NCBI GenBank assembly: GCA_009602725.1
Contig: WELB01000007.1
Coordinates: forward strand, 628,647 to 686,338
Direction of reading: 5' to 3'
Origin: Spirogloea muscicola
Taxonomy: Eukaryota
Length of the DNA: 57,692 nucleotides
In this document: positions 1 to 13,408 of the stretch, in pieces
Position numbering within the stretch: the stretch's first letter is position 1
Layout: every line of letters begins with the position of its first letter
Translations under genes and position numbers: made by a program
Notes under the pieces: generated by a model
Told to the model about the DNA's origin: nothing
The model's database searches: none
What the model saw: the letters and a program-made list of their open reading frames with translations, nothing else

Positions 1-52
1 CCCCCCCCCCCCTCAACTTGTCAAGTGATAGGAAGAGGAAGTCTAACCTGGC

Positions 53-62
53 GCCACGTGGC
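53..62. promoter_or_regulatory. Palindromic G-box (GCCACGTGGC) about 300 bp upstream of the first gene
   Basis: Perfect 10-bp palindrome with a CACGTG core. Function is inferred only. Confidence 0.35.
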
Positions 63-193
63 AGGCGAGGGTGCGGCCCTCTGGGAGCCGTTGGCTTGGC
101 CTGGCGCGAAATGGCCAGGACGGGCCAAAGCCCCCCCCCCGGCAGCCACAGCTGCAGGCCCCACCCCCCCTTCCGCCGCTGCCGCCTCCGCCA

Positions 194-224
<31 letters not shown>

Positions 225-362
225 ATGCCGGAAGCTCGCCCCGACTGCCCTCCGGCCCCACCCCCTCGCCGGCAGCTCCGCCCTGCCGGCACCGGTCGCC
301 CGGTTGCCGGCGAGCCTCAAGCGGGCCCGCGGAGTGGGGCGCTGAGCAGCAGCTTCCAAGCC

Positions 363-2788
363 ATGACGGCCTCCACGACCGTCTACGTGTACGAGTGGCC
401 GCTGAGGGCGGCGGAGGAGGGGGCCAGGCCGCCCGTCCTCCGGCTGGCGCTCCCGGGCCTGCGAGTTCACGGCGCCTCGGTCGCAGCCGTCAGGGCCGCC
501 GTGCAGGGCGCGACGGGCGTTGCCGCCAGCCGCCTGCGCATCCTGGCGCCTCAGTTCGCCCAGCTGGGTCATCACGAAGCCGTGCCTCAGCAGGTTGTCT
601 CGAGCAGGTTAGCTACAAGCTGATGAAACTGGGATATACCCATCGTACGAGGCGCCCCGCTTACGCAGAAGTCGCCATCTATGCAGCGTCCGGCGTGCTT
701 TGCAGCCGCAGCACTGCCATGACTGACGCATGCCCTGTGGGCATCTTTGGTGCAGCAGAGCTCATGAAGTGAGCCCGTTCTTTCTGGAATTGACAACGCA
801 GCGCCTGGTCTTCCTCAAGGGCCCCGAGCTGGTCGAGCTCAACGACTGCCAGCACCTGTCCGACCTGCCCTTCTCGGAGTCGCCACTTCACGTCCACGTG
901 AGCACGCGCCCGCCAGCTCACTGCGCGAGCTCATAGTATCCTTGCATCTCGCGCGAGCATTACTTGCAGCACGCACTGTTGTGGGAGTAGGCTGTAAAAC
1001 TGAAGCCCGTGTTCTGGCGGAGGCAGATCCTGCCGAGGCCTCTCCATGCAGCAGGAGGACGCCTTCGTGTCACCGCTCCCACAGGATTAATCGTCTTGGA
1101 CGACGTCCACCCTGGCCTTCAGGTCGAAGCCCTCAAGCAGCGGGGCCAATCTTCTGTGGGCTTCAAAGCAGAAGGCTTGACTTTGGTCAGTCTGGGGCTG
1201 GATCTACGCGACCATGCTCGCCTTAACAATATACAGGGAGTGCATGCAGTCCGCGAGGACTCCATCTTGGATGTCTGCCCCTCTGGTGAGACTCTCGACC
1301 AGTTCGCTGCATCGACTGCGCAAACTGTTGGTAAATGCTGAAAGGATAGGGGGTTAAGACATGCTCCTCATCCAGCTCTTTGAGGGCAATGTCTATTTCC
1401 TGCCATGCAGGCTTAACATCAAAGCCGGGGCTGCACTGTCACGTGCTTGTCAGCCTGAAATTGCCAGATGGATTGCACATGGACGTTGTGCTACAGCTGA
1501 AGCATACTATCGATGAACTTTTGAAATTAGCAAGCCACTTTACGAGTGTGAGCGCAGTCGACTTGCAAGCCAGCTTTGATGGTGAGCGCCATCCAACAGA
1601 AGGGTTTCCATGGTGTTTCCAAGGTCAATCATGCTTCGCAGTGCAAAAAAATTTTACTTAAGAAGAGATAAGCACCTAGCACATGAAATGGAACAGCTCA
1701 GCTTCATGTGGTAACCTGAAATATGCTTGCTCAACTAAATATGCTGCCCACTACAAATAGGTATGCTGCTGGAGAAGGACAGGAAACTAGCAGACTACAG
1801 GCCAGTCCTGCACGGCATCATCAATGTTACAAGTATGCACGTCACCTGCTGCAGCAACACCAATGCTGCAAGTCCATGTACAGGTCTCATGTGGTTTCCT
1901 CTTAGAGTAAAGCAGATACAAAATTTCAGACTCTTGTGTTTCTGTAAGGCCGTCACCTCTCTGACACTCATCTTCCTGTGGTCTCTCTCAGGTGCTTATA
2001 GCCAGGAGCTCTCACATACGCAGGCCTTGCCACTGGTCACTGTCAATGTGTGCCGCTCTGGACAGGCCGTGGGAACATACTATTTCCCATATCAAGAGGG
2101 AGAAAAGGTTGGAGCATTCCTCCACAGAGCCCGCAGGCACTTGACAACACCATTTGTAGATGCCACCAGCAGTGGAGAAGGTAATTTTCAGGGTCAACTT
2201 GCTGGCAGAGACCAACAAGCGGAAGACGTCTTTAAGGCTAAAGGCGGACCATGTATAAACAGGGTTTGGGGCCAGGAATCCTGCAGTGACTCCCAATACC
2301 ACAGCACGGGTGAAGGATATCATTCAGCTCCAGAACCAGAAGCGCATGCAGGTAGTGCCAAATGCAAGGAGAGCGCTGCTGTTGGTGAGACTAAAAGCTG
2401 GCTTGAAAGCTCGTGGTGGAGGGGCACAGATACTTCAAGAGCAACTGCAAATCTCACGTTTACAGAAAATCTTTCTGACAGCAACATCAGAGGTTCGAAA
2501 GTTAGCCTGCTACGTCAGGGCAGTCAGTCTACACGCAGCTCTTCAGTCCTCCTCGGCTGGCTGTCAGTCAAGCTGTCTGTGACCACTAGCGAGCTGCTGC
2601 CCGTCTACAGAGAAGACTCGGGCCGATACAGATCTGCTGCTAGCAGTGGCTACCTCTCCTTGCGCCACTCCTGTTTAGGCTGGAGGAAAAGTGGCCTCGC
2701 CAGCTGGCTAAATGGCAGCATGGTCCTTCCAAGATTCCAGCAGAGCCTGCTTGAGAGGAGGACATCTCGCACCGCCATCCCAATTTGA
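363..2788 (+). CDS. Multi-exon hypothetical protein with several divergent ubiquitin-like (beta-grasp) segments
   Basis: ATG at 363. Exon-like segments: SVAAVRAAVQGATGVAASRLRIL; QRLVFLKGPELVELNDCQHLSDL; QVEALKQR..LTLVSLGLDLRDHARLNN; VSLKLPDGLHMDVVLQLKHTIDELL..LQASFD/GMLLEKDRKLADY. These echo the ubiquitin pattern (tv..lK..i..QrLif.Gk.LeD..tLsdY). Splice phases are not fully resolved and the 3' end is uncertain. Confidence 0.5.
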
Positions 2789-3224
2789 CTGGGTTTTTGC
2801 TTGTACATGTATACCCTTGACTTGCGTAATGATACCCCCTCAGTAACCTTACGATGTGCAGCTGGATGCATGCACAGTTGTGTAGGCCTCCAAACCATAC
2901 AAGCACCAACTTGTGCCGGTATTGCTACATAAGAATTTGCACAACTGCAGGCCACCGTGATACAATATTCCGAACCGTGAGGCCGTCAACCTCCTGATGC
3001 ACAGAACGGCCCGTGCTGGTCGCTTGTATTGCTGTTGTTCTCGGTCTTTTAAGTTCCAGCTCGTCCGGGCGGCTCACTGCTTGCCCGTCGGCCTCGGAGG
3101 GTCTGACAGCGGAAGTGTTCTGTGGCATGCCCGAGCCACCATGCTGCTCGGGACAACTTCCTGTGTCACTCATAAGGCGGCAGCCCCTCTGAGTGAAAGC
3201 CTTGGAGCAACCGCGCGTACGGTA

Positions 3225-3465
3225 TGGCTTGTATTTGGCCACACAGACCCTCCATCACTTCATACACACTTCATCGCTCTCCTTCGCCATGGTCTCTTGC
3301 ATAGCTGTGTGCTTTTGGCGCCTCCTGGCCCTTTTTCTCTTCGGCTTGTTCATTCATTCTTGGCTGGCTTTTCACAGCCCCCGCCCCTTTTGTCATCAGA
3401 TGTGCTTGCCTTTGTACTTGGCCATTTTGGCCTTCGATCGTATCTAAGTACATGAGACTTTCTTG
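3225..3465 (+). mobile_element. Two adjacent 3'-UTR remnants of the RLE/CRE-like non-LTR family (subfamily B)
   Basis: 3398-3462 GATGTGCTTGCCTTTGTACTTGGCCATTTTGGCCTTCG matches the 3' UTR of the 24359-24738 copy. 3235-3390 matches 14160-14230, 19890-19915 and 38160-38260 (reverse). Confidence 0.65.
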
Positions 3466-3542
3466 CGGAAGAGGAAGGAAGACTCTTCCACTAGAGGGCG
3501 ATCAGCTGTGACTTCGGGAAGAGCTCACTTCTCCGCTCCCCA

Positions 3543-3842
3543 GGTAACTTAGGGCATTCTAGCGTCCCGCTAGCCATCGTTGCATGCTATAGAATGCGGT
3601 TATCATTGAGTCTACAGCGCTCCCAGGCACTCGCCATACACCAGCGTGCTGGTCGTGCATTAGCACAGGCTAATGGCTTCCGTGGTGGTAGTTTGGCGCC
3701 TGAGCTTAGCTTGTCAGATATGCATGTGCTCACTCGGGGATATTAGTGTCCCCCTTAGCCAGCTCATTACCCAGTTAACAGGTCATTTGTAAGGCTTGAA
3801 TTGGCCTCCCTTTCAATTTCATGCGCACCGCGCGCCTTCTCC
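3543..3842 (+). mobile_element. 5'-truncated RLE/CRE-like non-LTR retrotransposon fragment (subfamily A)
   Basis: Encodes LGHSSVPLAIVACYRMRLSLSLQRSQALAIHQRAGRALAQANGFRGG..LSLSDMHVLTRGY*. Close nucleotide match to 37759-38090 and 43469-43654. Confidence 0.8.
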
Positions 3843-4108
3843 CCAGCAGGTTCGAACCCGGCGTCTCCAACACGACACCGACGACCCTCCGGCACTCTGA
3901 GCGTTCCCGCCAAAACCCCCCCATGGCAGGCGACGACCTGTGCAGCGCCCGGCCCGCATCTCGCGGCGCGTCCGGCGGCGCAACAGCCGCCGCCGGCGCT
4001 GACGCGGAGGCTCAATTAGGTCTCTGGGCTTTCTAGGGTTCAGGGTTAGCAGGGCGGCCGCGGTGCCGGGGCAGGGCCCCTCCCCCGCCGTGCCGGGCAG
4101 TTCGCGCC

Positions 4109-7100
4109 ATGAAGTACGTGGTGGTCACCGGCGGCGTGGTGAGCGGCCTGGGGAAGGGCGTGACGGCCAGCAGCATCGGCGTCGTGCTCAAGGCCTGCGG
4201 CTTGCGCTGCACGGCCATCAAGATCGGTGAGGCCGCCAGCGTGACCTTAGCCGTCCTGGCCTCCCCCCCGCGCGGTCATGAGCGGCGGGAGTGCGCCGTA
4301 AACTTGTGAGCAGTTTATTTGTTGGGAGAAGCGAGTGGTTCTGTATTTTTGTGAAGGCCGAGAAAAATGCCTCACAAAGAAAAGACGGACTGGGCTGCCC
4401 CCGCTTGAAGCACAGACCCCTACATCAACACGGATGCGGGCACAATGTCGCCTTTCGAGCACGGCGAGGTGTTTGTGCTCGACGATGGGGGTGAGGTGAG
4501 CCCCCTCACGACCACAACTGCTGCAGCGTCCGACACTTGAAGCCTGCTGTTGGGACTTGCGCCTGCAGCATACAATCGATGAAAAGCCTGGAATTAGCTC
4601 CTCCTGCTAGTAAGAGCGCCACGCTGTGCGCGGGATTTGGGACCCAGGTGGACTTGGACCTTGGCAACTACGAGCGATTTCTGGACATCACACTGACGCG
4701 CGACAACAACATTACCACTGGAAAGATTTACCAGGTGACCCCGCGCAACACCACTATTCCAGTCAGCACCTGCAGCAGCCTCTGCTTTCACCAACAATGT
4801 CGAAACTTGTTACATTGGACTCCTCCAGCTGACAAGTTGCAATCTGAGCTACTTGCAGTCCGTGATTGAAAGAGAACGGCGCGGAGACTACCTTGGGAAG
4901 ACCGTCCAGGTCAGAGATACCTGGCTATTCTACTTGACTCTATCTTCACTTCACACATGGCAGGATTGCCAGCAAAATCTGGCTCGTCACCAATCCTGCT
5001 CCATGCGGCAGACCGCAGCATTACATCACTCACTGAGCAACCCCTTTGTCAAGCGTGTGCAGGTAGTGCCCCACATTACGGATGCCATACAGGAGTGGAT
5101 TGAAAGAGTCGCTCACATCCCAGTGGACGGTCTGCAAGGGCCGTCTGAAATCTGCATCATTGAGCTCGGCGGAACTGTTGGTACGCAGCCTTCACTCTCA
5201 GCTTCCTCTCCGTATTGCCTTACAATGCAGAAATGGCCATTCTTTACGGCACTTGGATTAATTTTGAAGATGAGCATTGTGAGCTCCTTCCGCTAAGAAA
5301 GTGCACCCTTCAGAACAGCTGCCATCCAACATGGCTGGCGCTTGGATGGTGCAACTAATGCAAGCCGTGAGAAGCTCAATCTCATTGTCAGTTGACTTGC
5401 ATGATACTGCTGTCTTTGCAGGTGACATTGAGTCAATGCCCTTCATTGAAGCTCTCCGCCAATTCCAATTTCGAGTTGGTGAGTGAACTTGGCAAGGGTT
5501 AGTCCCACGTGATAGCCTCTTTTGCTACTCTCAGGAGATTGATGTCACTTGATAAACGGTGGTCAGTGTTAGAAATCAAAATCTGGAAGTTCACAGCCAA
5601 ATACTATCAGCCCAATCAATAGATGCTGCATCAAGTTGCTGGTTGTGTTCCTCAATCTCATGCACTTCCTGTAACCGCCTCATTGAATACTGCCATGCAT
5701 TCTGGCGTGCAGGCAAGAACAATTTTTGCCTTGTACATGTGAGCCTGGTGCCTGTCTTGGGCGTGGTTGGTGAGCAGGTATGCACGCAAGCTGACGCACA
5801 GTGGAGACAAAGATGGCAATTGCAAAGGTCCAAGTCAAGTTCAATGTCTAAGTGAGAAGGATTGCTTTTGCTGGAATGTAGACAAGGAGGTCTTGCTCAA
5901 GTTGATGGGTCTAAGTTGCACATTTACCTCTGCTTTGAGGCAAGCGCTTGAGAACCCTTTGCACGGACCTGCAATTGATACACTGCCAGAGAGGTGTTGC
6001 TGTGCTGATTGGATGCTGCAGAAAACCAAGCCAACGCAGCATAGCGTCCGGGAGCTTAGGGCCCTGGGCCTCACTCCACACCTCCTAGCCTGTCGCAGTG
6101 CTCAGGTAAGCCAAGAATGTCGCCCACTGTGTGAAGCTATTGGCACAAATTAGCAGGTCATCTCATGAGTTGTAATATCAGAGTGAGCACCAAAGTGCAG
6201 CTACAAAGTGGCAGAGGCTGCATCCTCCTTCTATCGCTTTAGATTGAATGTGTGGTGCAAGTGCTTGCGTTACCAGACAGTGAATATCCTCCGCACCTTC
6301 TATGTACCAGCCTCTGGAGCAGCCGACCAAGGAGAAGCTTTCACAGTTTTGCCACGTTCCGGTCAGTCTTTTGCCTTCGATATTGCAAAATTTAAAGATA
6401 ATGCCATGCCTAGCATGTTACAGAGCTCCTCTAATGCTTGGGCAGGTCCGCCTGTTCCAGCTCTGCTAAGTTGCTCAAATGGCAGCTGGCCTAGAACTGT
6501 TCCATCTTCCTGAACGGGCTGATGCAGTCTGATCACATCCTTAACCTTCACGACGTCTCCAACATATGGCATATACCACTTATTATCAAGGTCTATCTTT
6601 AGCTCTTCTAACTTATATGTCCAGATAGTTGGTAGTTCAACATCACATCCGGCATCTCGCAGTCATATGGCACCCCTTCTTGTCTTCTTTTCTTTACATA
6701 CATTCTCTACAAGAGCAAAACAGAAGATTGTGTGGATGATGAGGACCTTCTTCCAAACTGACTGCTTGCCTCTGCCATTCTCCTGAAATTCTTCCACAGG
6801 ATCAAGGAGGTCACAGTGCTATTCTTAAGGAGTTCAATCTTCTGTAAGGGGTCAAAGCAACCAGCCCTTGATCCATGTGCTTAAGAGTGTACGACAATAC
6901 TGTATGCAAGTAAGTAGCAAATGCTTTACAAGCAGTCGACAAGTGCCTGACTGTGAAAGGCAATTACTTGAGGCACTTGCTCCTATGACTCGCTGGAAGA
7001 AATACGAGCAAGTTGCGCACACGTGTTTGTTGTGCAGCGACACGACGCCTTTACCAAAGTTGAAGGACTGGGAGGCACGGGCAAGTCGTTGGGACAGTCT

Positions 7101-10090
7101 GATGAAGGAGGTAAAGGACTCCACCAAGCTTGCTCGTGCTCATGGATGGCTTCTCTCGTCAATCTGTTGCGTTAAGTCAAGAAAAGTCTTATTCTGTATT
7201 TACCGCATAGTGGGCTGCAGTGTTTTTTTGACATACATATGCCTGATCTGTCGTTGCTTCTACAGGTCCGTATTGCCATGGTGGGCAAGTATACTGGCCT
7301 GGCAGACTCATATCTCTCAGTTCTTAAGGTAGGCCATCATAACTTCTTCTAGAGGCACTGGGTGTCAGTGTTGTATGTAGATGCAGGTTCCAAAAGCTGT
7401 TTTCAAAATGCTGCAGGCTGGGTACGAGGCAGTGTTGAAGCTATTAAGGCCATCAAGCAGATACAAGTCGTTCCTTTTGCATAGGTCGTGAAAGGATAAA
7501 GTAGCTGTTGCAACAGAGCGGGCCAATGACGAAGTATCATGCACGTATTATCTGATGGCAAGATACCTTGTCACTTGTAGAGGAAACTTGTCACTACCAC
7601 TGAGGCCCGACGTGAACCTAGGTTGCAAGTTAGAAAGCAGCGGTGATTTGACTAGGTTGGGCTCTGCATGGGAGATTGATTGAGAGCGGAGGCGTGTGTA
7701 TTTCACAGGCGCTGCAGCACGCATGCATTGCTTGCTCAAGAAAACTGGTGATTGACTGGATAGCTGCTACGGACCTTGAAGAATCATCTCAGCACGAGGT
7801 TTGCTTAAGAAACCCATACAGAAGCTACCTTGGGTCCATGAATCAATACCTTGATCTGATAAGAGTATGTCAGTATTATGGGCTTGATCCGCTGGCTTTG
7901 TGCACAAGCTGCTCTTTGCTTGTTTTAAGCGCGAATTCAAGCGTGATGATACTTGAGTCTCCTCAAGGATTACCCTCACACCTCCCTGAAGCAGCAGTAG
8001 CAGCAATTGACATCCCTGTTTCACATGTCCTCATCCTGCTCAGAGTGAGGAGGCCAGCACAGCAGCCTGGGCGGCATTGAAAGTTGGCACTATACACTCC
8101 AACCACTTTGTGCAATTTGTCGTAATATTGAGTATGATTGTCTGCATAGCTACTGAGAATTTGTCTTGATTGCCACACTTTGTTTGTCTTCCTGTAGTTC
8201 TTCCTCATTAGAGGCATGGTCAATGTGCACAGGGAGCAGATGGTATACTTGTCCCTGGAGGTTTTGGAGATAGGGGTATTGAAGGAATGATTATTGCTGC
8301 GCAATATGCTAGAGAGTCTGCAAAGCCCTACCTTGGAATCTGCCTTGGCCTTCAAGTTGCTGTCATTGAGTTTGCTCGATCGGTGAGCATCTACCATTGG
8401 CGCTCACTTTTAGATTGACTTTTGGAAGCAGAGGGACAAGAAATGAAGGACTTGCTGTGCAGCATCATCACTGTTCTGCTGTGTGAATTAGGAGGTCCTT
8501 GACAATTCCATCGTCATAAAAATTGCTGTACTGACATGGAGGAGCTGGCTGACAGTGTCAAATAGTCTCTGAACATTGAAGTGTTTGCAATGTCAGATCC
8601 TGGGTATGACAAGTGCAGACAGCACGGAGTTCGATTCTGCCACTTCAAGCCCCTGTGTTGTATTCATGCCAGAGGTGTCAACCTGGACCAACATGCCACA
8701 CAGCTTAGGTCTTGAGCCAAAATCTTTCTGCTAGGCATGTATGCAGTATCACGCAGATGCAGGTATGCATGTGGTCGCGTCAAAAGCATCTGCACTGTTA
8801 TGATTATTGTGTCCTTGCAGGTGTCAAAGACGCAGATGGGAGGCACCATGCGGTTGGGTTCAAGGAGGACGATTCTTCTCACACCTGATTGTATTACGGC
8901 AAAGCTGTGAGTTAGATGGGCCATGATCGCTACCAATTTTACTGAAGGGTCGCCTTCTCAAGGCGTTTGTGTTATGTATATTGGACTGTCATGCTTAGGC
9001 TTGCGAACATGCTCTTTGTGAAGCTTAGTATTGAGCCTAGTGCATGCTGTGGTAGCTTATTCATTCCTCTATTCATGTAGGTATCAAAAGGATGGCTTCA
9101 TTGATGAGCGGCACAGACATCGATACGAGGTATAGAAATACTGCCAGCCTCCCTGTATTCTCTCTTCATAAAATGCACCAAGAGTTGCTCTTGTAGCAAG
9201 GACCACCAGGTTCTTAGTGCCATTCTGCAGTGCATGTCCTAGTATGAGGTGCTGCTTGCATCACACATCCGCTTGAAGGAGAGATTTTTGATACACTGCG
9301 ATTATAAGTCACAGGTGCTTAGGTACAACTTTGTTGTGTGGAGAGGTGAGGCAGCTGTGGTTTGCATTTTGTTGAAGGTCAATCCCGAGATGGTACCACA
9401 ACTGGAAGAGGCAGGCTTGCGCTTTGTTGGTCGTGACGAGAGTGGTCGCCGCATGGAGGTAATCTGCTAATCTGAAGCCTAGAGATACGAAGATGTCTGA
9501 TATGTGTCTGTATGCTTTCCTTAAAGGGTGTAGTCTGTATTGTAAATGCTCCTTGACTCCCTGATGTCACAGATTGTGGAGCTTACTGGTCATCCATACT
9601 ACGTTGGAGTCCAATTCCATCCTGAATTCAAGTCGAGGCCTGGTCGTCCTTCAGCTGTCTTTCTTGGTAAGGATGATATACCATTTTGCTGTTTTATTGT
9701 CAGTCTGATGGAGACCATGCAGAGGTTATGCAATGCTGATTATGAAAGAATGTCTTGCCCTTGCAATTACTGACGAGCCCTTAGCATCATTGTGCCTGCC
9801 ACGTGTGATGCACATTTGCGACGACTCAGAAGCTTGCCTCCTCTGCCATGACATGGGATCCTTGTGTTTGTTGCCGTCTATCTGCTGCAGGCCTCATCTT
9901 GGCAGCCTCTGGTCAGATGGATAGGTACATGAGGGGAGACAATCTAAGCACACCACTACAGTCTCCTCAGAAAGCCCCTAGTATTCACGGTTACATGAAT
10001 TCCAAACCCATGTCAGCTCTTGACCTGCTCCCCCCGCGGCCCCACGTGGCAAGGAACCTCAATGATGTTGAATTCGATGCCGTGAGCTAA
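4109..10090 (+). CDS. CTPS: CTP synthase, about 22 exons
   Basis: [73 protein letters not shown], catalytic [26 protein letters not shown] introns; first exons 4109-4226, 4416-4495, 4648-4734, 4859-4909, 5063-5180, 5422-5478; stop TAA at 10088-10090. Confidence 0.98.
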
Positions 10091-11169
10091 CCAGTCGAAA
10101 GAACCTGCTAATGTGGTCTGTACTGTACTTCCTCATTGGGCAATTTCTAAAATTCTATTCATCAGGCCTAACATATCAAGTTATGCTGTTCACCTTGACT
10201 GGTTGTTGGCATCACTGCAAGCACTAAGTGTGAGGCAAGATGTGAATCTCATCACCTTCTTATACAGGAGCACTGTGATGTGAGCTAAGAGCTGTAACAC
10301 ACTGCACGGCAAAGTCATTTGTGAAATCTATGCTCATACTTCGTCGTGCTGATGAAACGAGGAACAAGCTTGAGCAATATATTACAAACACGGACCTCTC
10401 AAATATGAGAGGTCTGTGTCTTCGCATTTGCGACTGTGGAGTTTGGCGCCGCATTGCTTCATTGCCTCGCTTGACTGATTGCTCCACTATTGCTTGCTGC
10501 AAGCCAGCAAAGGTGTACAGGCTTTATTCCATGGACTTGATGCTGCAATGATGTCATGGTTGGCTGAGTAGGACCATGTCATACACTGCCTGCAGAATTG
10601 AAGGCTTACATACATGTGAAGCGTTGAGAGCTCCTATGCTCCTTGTCCTCGTTTACTGCTTGCATCACATGTCAGTTGAGGGTGCTGTGTCCAAGTTCAT
10701 GTGTGTAAGTCGTCTCGTGTGTGTATGGTGGAAAGTGCCTGGGGTTGTCCACCACCGCTGTGCATCTTCAACATGGCGTCGTGGACGGGGGTGGCGAAGG
10801 GGGCGGTGGGAAGCTGGCGAGGAGTGATGGCAAGTGCGAAAAGATCTACTGTATTGCCTTGTCTCTCCTTTGAGCTGGCCTTTCACAGCCATCGCCCTGT
10901 ACTCGACAAGTCTTTCATTCACGGCGCTCGCCCCCTTCATGTTTGTGGAGGAGCTGCATTTGCAGCCACCGCCTTGTACTTGGCCATTGTAGATAGGGAG
11001 AAAGAGAAAATAACAGCGAGCGATGCGCAGGGGTTGAGGTGGGGGCCATATCAAGCCTTTAAACTGTCTAGGCAATAAGCGAAACCCCTTGCTAAGTGGG
11101 GAACTCAGGTGAAGAAAGCATTTGCTGAAGGGGCAATATCAGGTAGCAGTGCGAAAGTAAGAAGCTATG

Positions 11170-11355
11170 CCAAAAGGGGGCGATGGCCGTGGAAGGCCAG
11201 CCCAACCGTAATGAACACTGACAGTAAAAAGATCAGCTCAGAATGGTCATGGCCGGGGAATGGGGAAATGGCCAGCCCATAAAGCATGAGGAAGAGGAGA
11301 GAAGACGTGCGATGCGTATGCAGTGAAGGGAGGCCAAATCAAGCCAATACAATGT
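11170..11355 (-). mobile_element. 3'-UTR remnant of the RLE/CRE-like family running into the stem-loop motif
   Basis: Reverse strand CATTGTATTGGCTTGATTTGGCCTCCCTTCA matches 15962-15995. It is followed about 130 nt later by GGGCTGGCCTTCCACGGCCATCGCCC. Confidence 0.6.
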
Positions 11356-11952
11356 TCAAAAAGCTGGTGCAAAGAATGGGGTTACATTCCTTTGGGCTGG
11401 CGTCTCACAGCCACCGGTCAACTTGGAAGCGCTGTTGTTTGCAGGCTACAGTGAAGCCAAGGACAAGGAAGGACAAGGAAGGAAAGAGGACATCCCAAGA
11501 TCATTGCCTTGCGCAACGGCTTGGGAAACGGAAGGAAAGACTCTTCCGGTAGAGGGCGATGGCTGTGACGGGCCAGCCCAGAGAAAATTATGAGAAAGGG
11601 GACAACGGTCATGTCTACGACTGTGCAAAGCGTGTCCGTCGCCTGTTACTTAGTACGCCCAAGTGTGGGGGCTCGAGGGTAGGGACGCCGTCGATGTCCT
11701 GGCCAGCTCAAGGGCTGAGATGCGCTGCCATCGGACGGCTGAGCCCAGCCCCGGAGACGAGCCGGGCCAGGTTACCCGAGTGGTCGTGACCCCTGGCCCG
11801 AGAAGAACCCTAGTGCGCCACGCGGGGGTTTAGGTCCCTTCAGAACCGGCGGCGGCGGCGGCGGCGTTAGCGNGGCGGCGGCGGCGGCTTTCGCGGCGGC
11901 GCTTGCGGCGGCGGCGGAGGCGCCTGGGGCAGAGGGGCTCGGCGGGGGCGCG

Positions 11953-12735
11953 ATGAAGGGGCACGGGCTGCGGTCGCGGACGCGGGACCTGTTCTCGCGG
12001 GCGTTCCGGAAGAAGGGGTACATCCCGCTGGGCACGTACCTGCGCACCTTCCGCGTGGGGGACTACGTGGACATCAAGGCCAACGCGGCGGTGCAGAAGG
12101 GCATGCCGTTCAAGTTCTATCACGGCCGCACCGGCCGCATCTGGAACGTCACCAAGCGCTCCCTCGGCGTCGAGATGAACAAGCAGGTGTGGCGCTTCTT
12201 CACGTCTCGGCCGCCTTCTAGCCGAGCCACCCGAAGCCGGGGCCCCACTGACACGGCCGACGGCGAGCTGCTGCTGCTGGTGCCCGTGGGGGATGCAGGT
12301 GGGGAACCGGATCATCAAGAAGCGCATCCACGTCCGCCTCGAGCACGTCGTGCAGTCGCGGTGTCACGAGGAGTTCCTCGAGCGGCGCAAGCGCAACGAC
12401 GAGCTCAAGGTGCGGCGCCGCCTCCGTGCCACATCCCGCCACTGCTAAACGCTGCACCAGTCGCCCTTCTTCTGGGGCCCCTGCTCTTGAGCGGCTACCT
12501 TTGCCGCTTGCGGGCTGTATTGACGACTGCCGTCTGGAACAGTGTCAATTAGGCCAATACGGGCGCCATTGCCCCCGCCGCTGTGCAGGCCGAGGCCAAG
12601 AAGCGAGGGGAGAAGATTTCTACCAAGCGGCAGCCGGCAGGGCCCAAGCCCGGCTTCATCGTGGAGGGCCAGACGCTGCATACCATTACGGCGGTGCCGT
12701 ACGACATCGTCACTCAGCTCAAGGGCGGTTATTAA
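11953..12735 (+). CDS. RPL21: 60S ribosomal protein L21 (eL21), 3 exons
   Basis: [73 protein letters not shown]. Exons 11953-12186, 12299-12409, 12589-12735. Confidence 0.97.
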
Positions 12736-13408
12736 GCAGCGGCTGTAAAGCTCCTGGAGCAACCCCTGTACCCACGAAGTGACATGGCTGCGGGCGGCGC
12801 CCGCCTGTGCTACTGGCGGAATCTCAAAGAAACAGAGCCGCGCACAGATAGTGCCCTTGGGCTCGGCCTGTCAATTGAACAGCATTGTGCGTTGGCTCTG
12901 GCAACGCCCTCCAAGCGCCCCTTCTGATGGTGTGGTGATGATGTCTTACAATGGGCCATATCTTGGCGCTTGTGGTTAGAGACTCAGATCTGGGACCCCA
13001 AAATTCCAGCAGGTACCTTAATCGGGTGGCAGCTTTTTACTTTCAAATCGTTAGTTGCGACAGCGCACGCGCATCTCCACTAATGTGCCTTACTGGCATG
13101 ATTGCAATCCTGATTGCAGAAGAAGAGCTGGCAAGTTTAACAAATATGGTCCCTGCAATCCTTGCACATGGCCAGAAGGTGACAGAGGAGCTAGTCTAGA
13201 ATTGGCAGTTACATGCGGTCGACAAGCTTCCACTCTGCTGCACAATGCCATTGCGTGTAGAACAGCAAGATCAGCGGTGGTCTCTGGGAAGAGTTTGCGG
13301 ATATAGCATGCAAAATTGGTGTGACATGAATCGCCCTTGAGATTGGCGGCTGCATTGATCAGTCTTGATGGCCGCCACTGGTAGTAGTCAAAGCAGCAGC
13401 TACAAGAT

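Noticed and set aside
936..944. GTATCCTTG resembling a U12-type 5' splice site
   Set aside because: An ordinary donor at 898 and acceptor at 1026 give a compatible phase, and no U12 branch point is evident.
8673..8827. AGGTGTCAA repeated at both ends of a CTPS intron (intron-gain signature)
   Set aside because: Four of the nine bases are splice consensus, it is a single instance, and the intron has no terminal inverted repeats.
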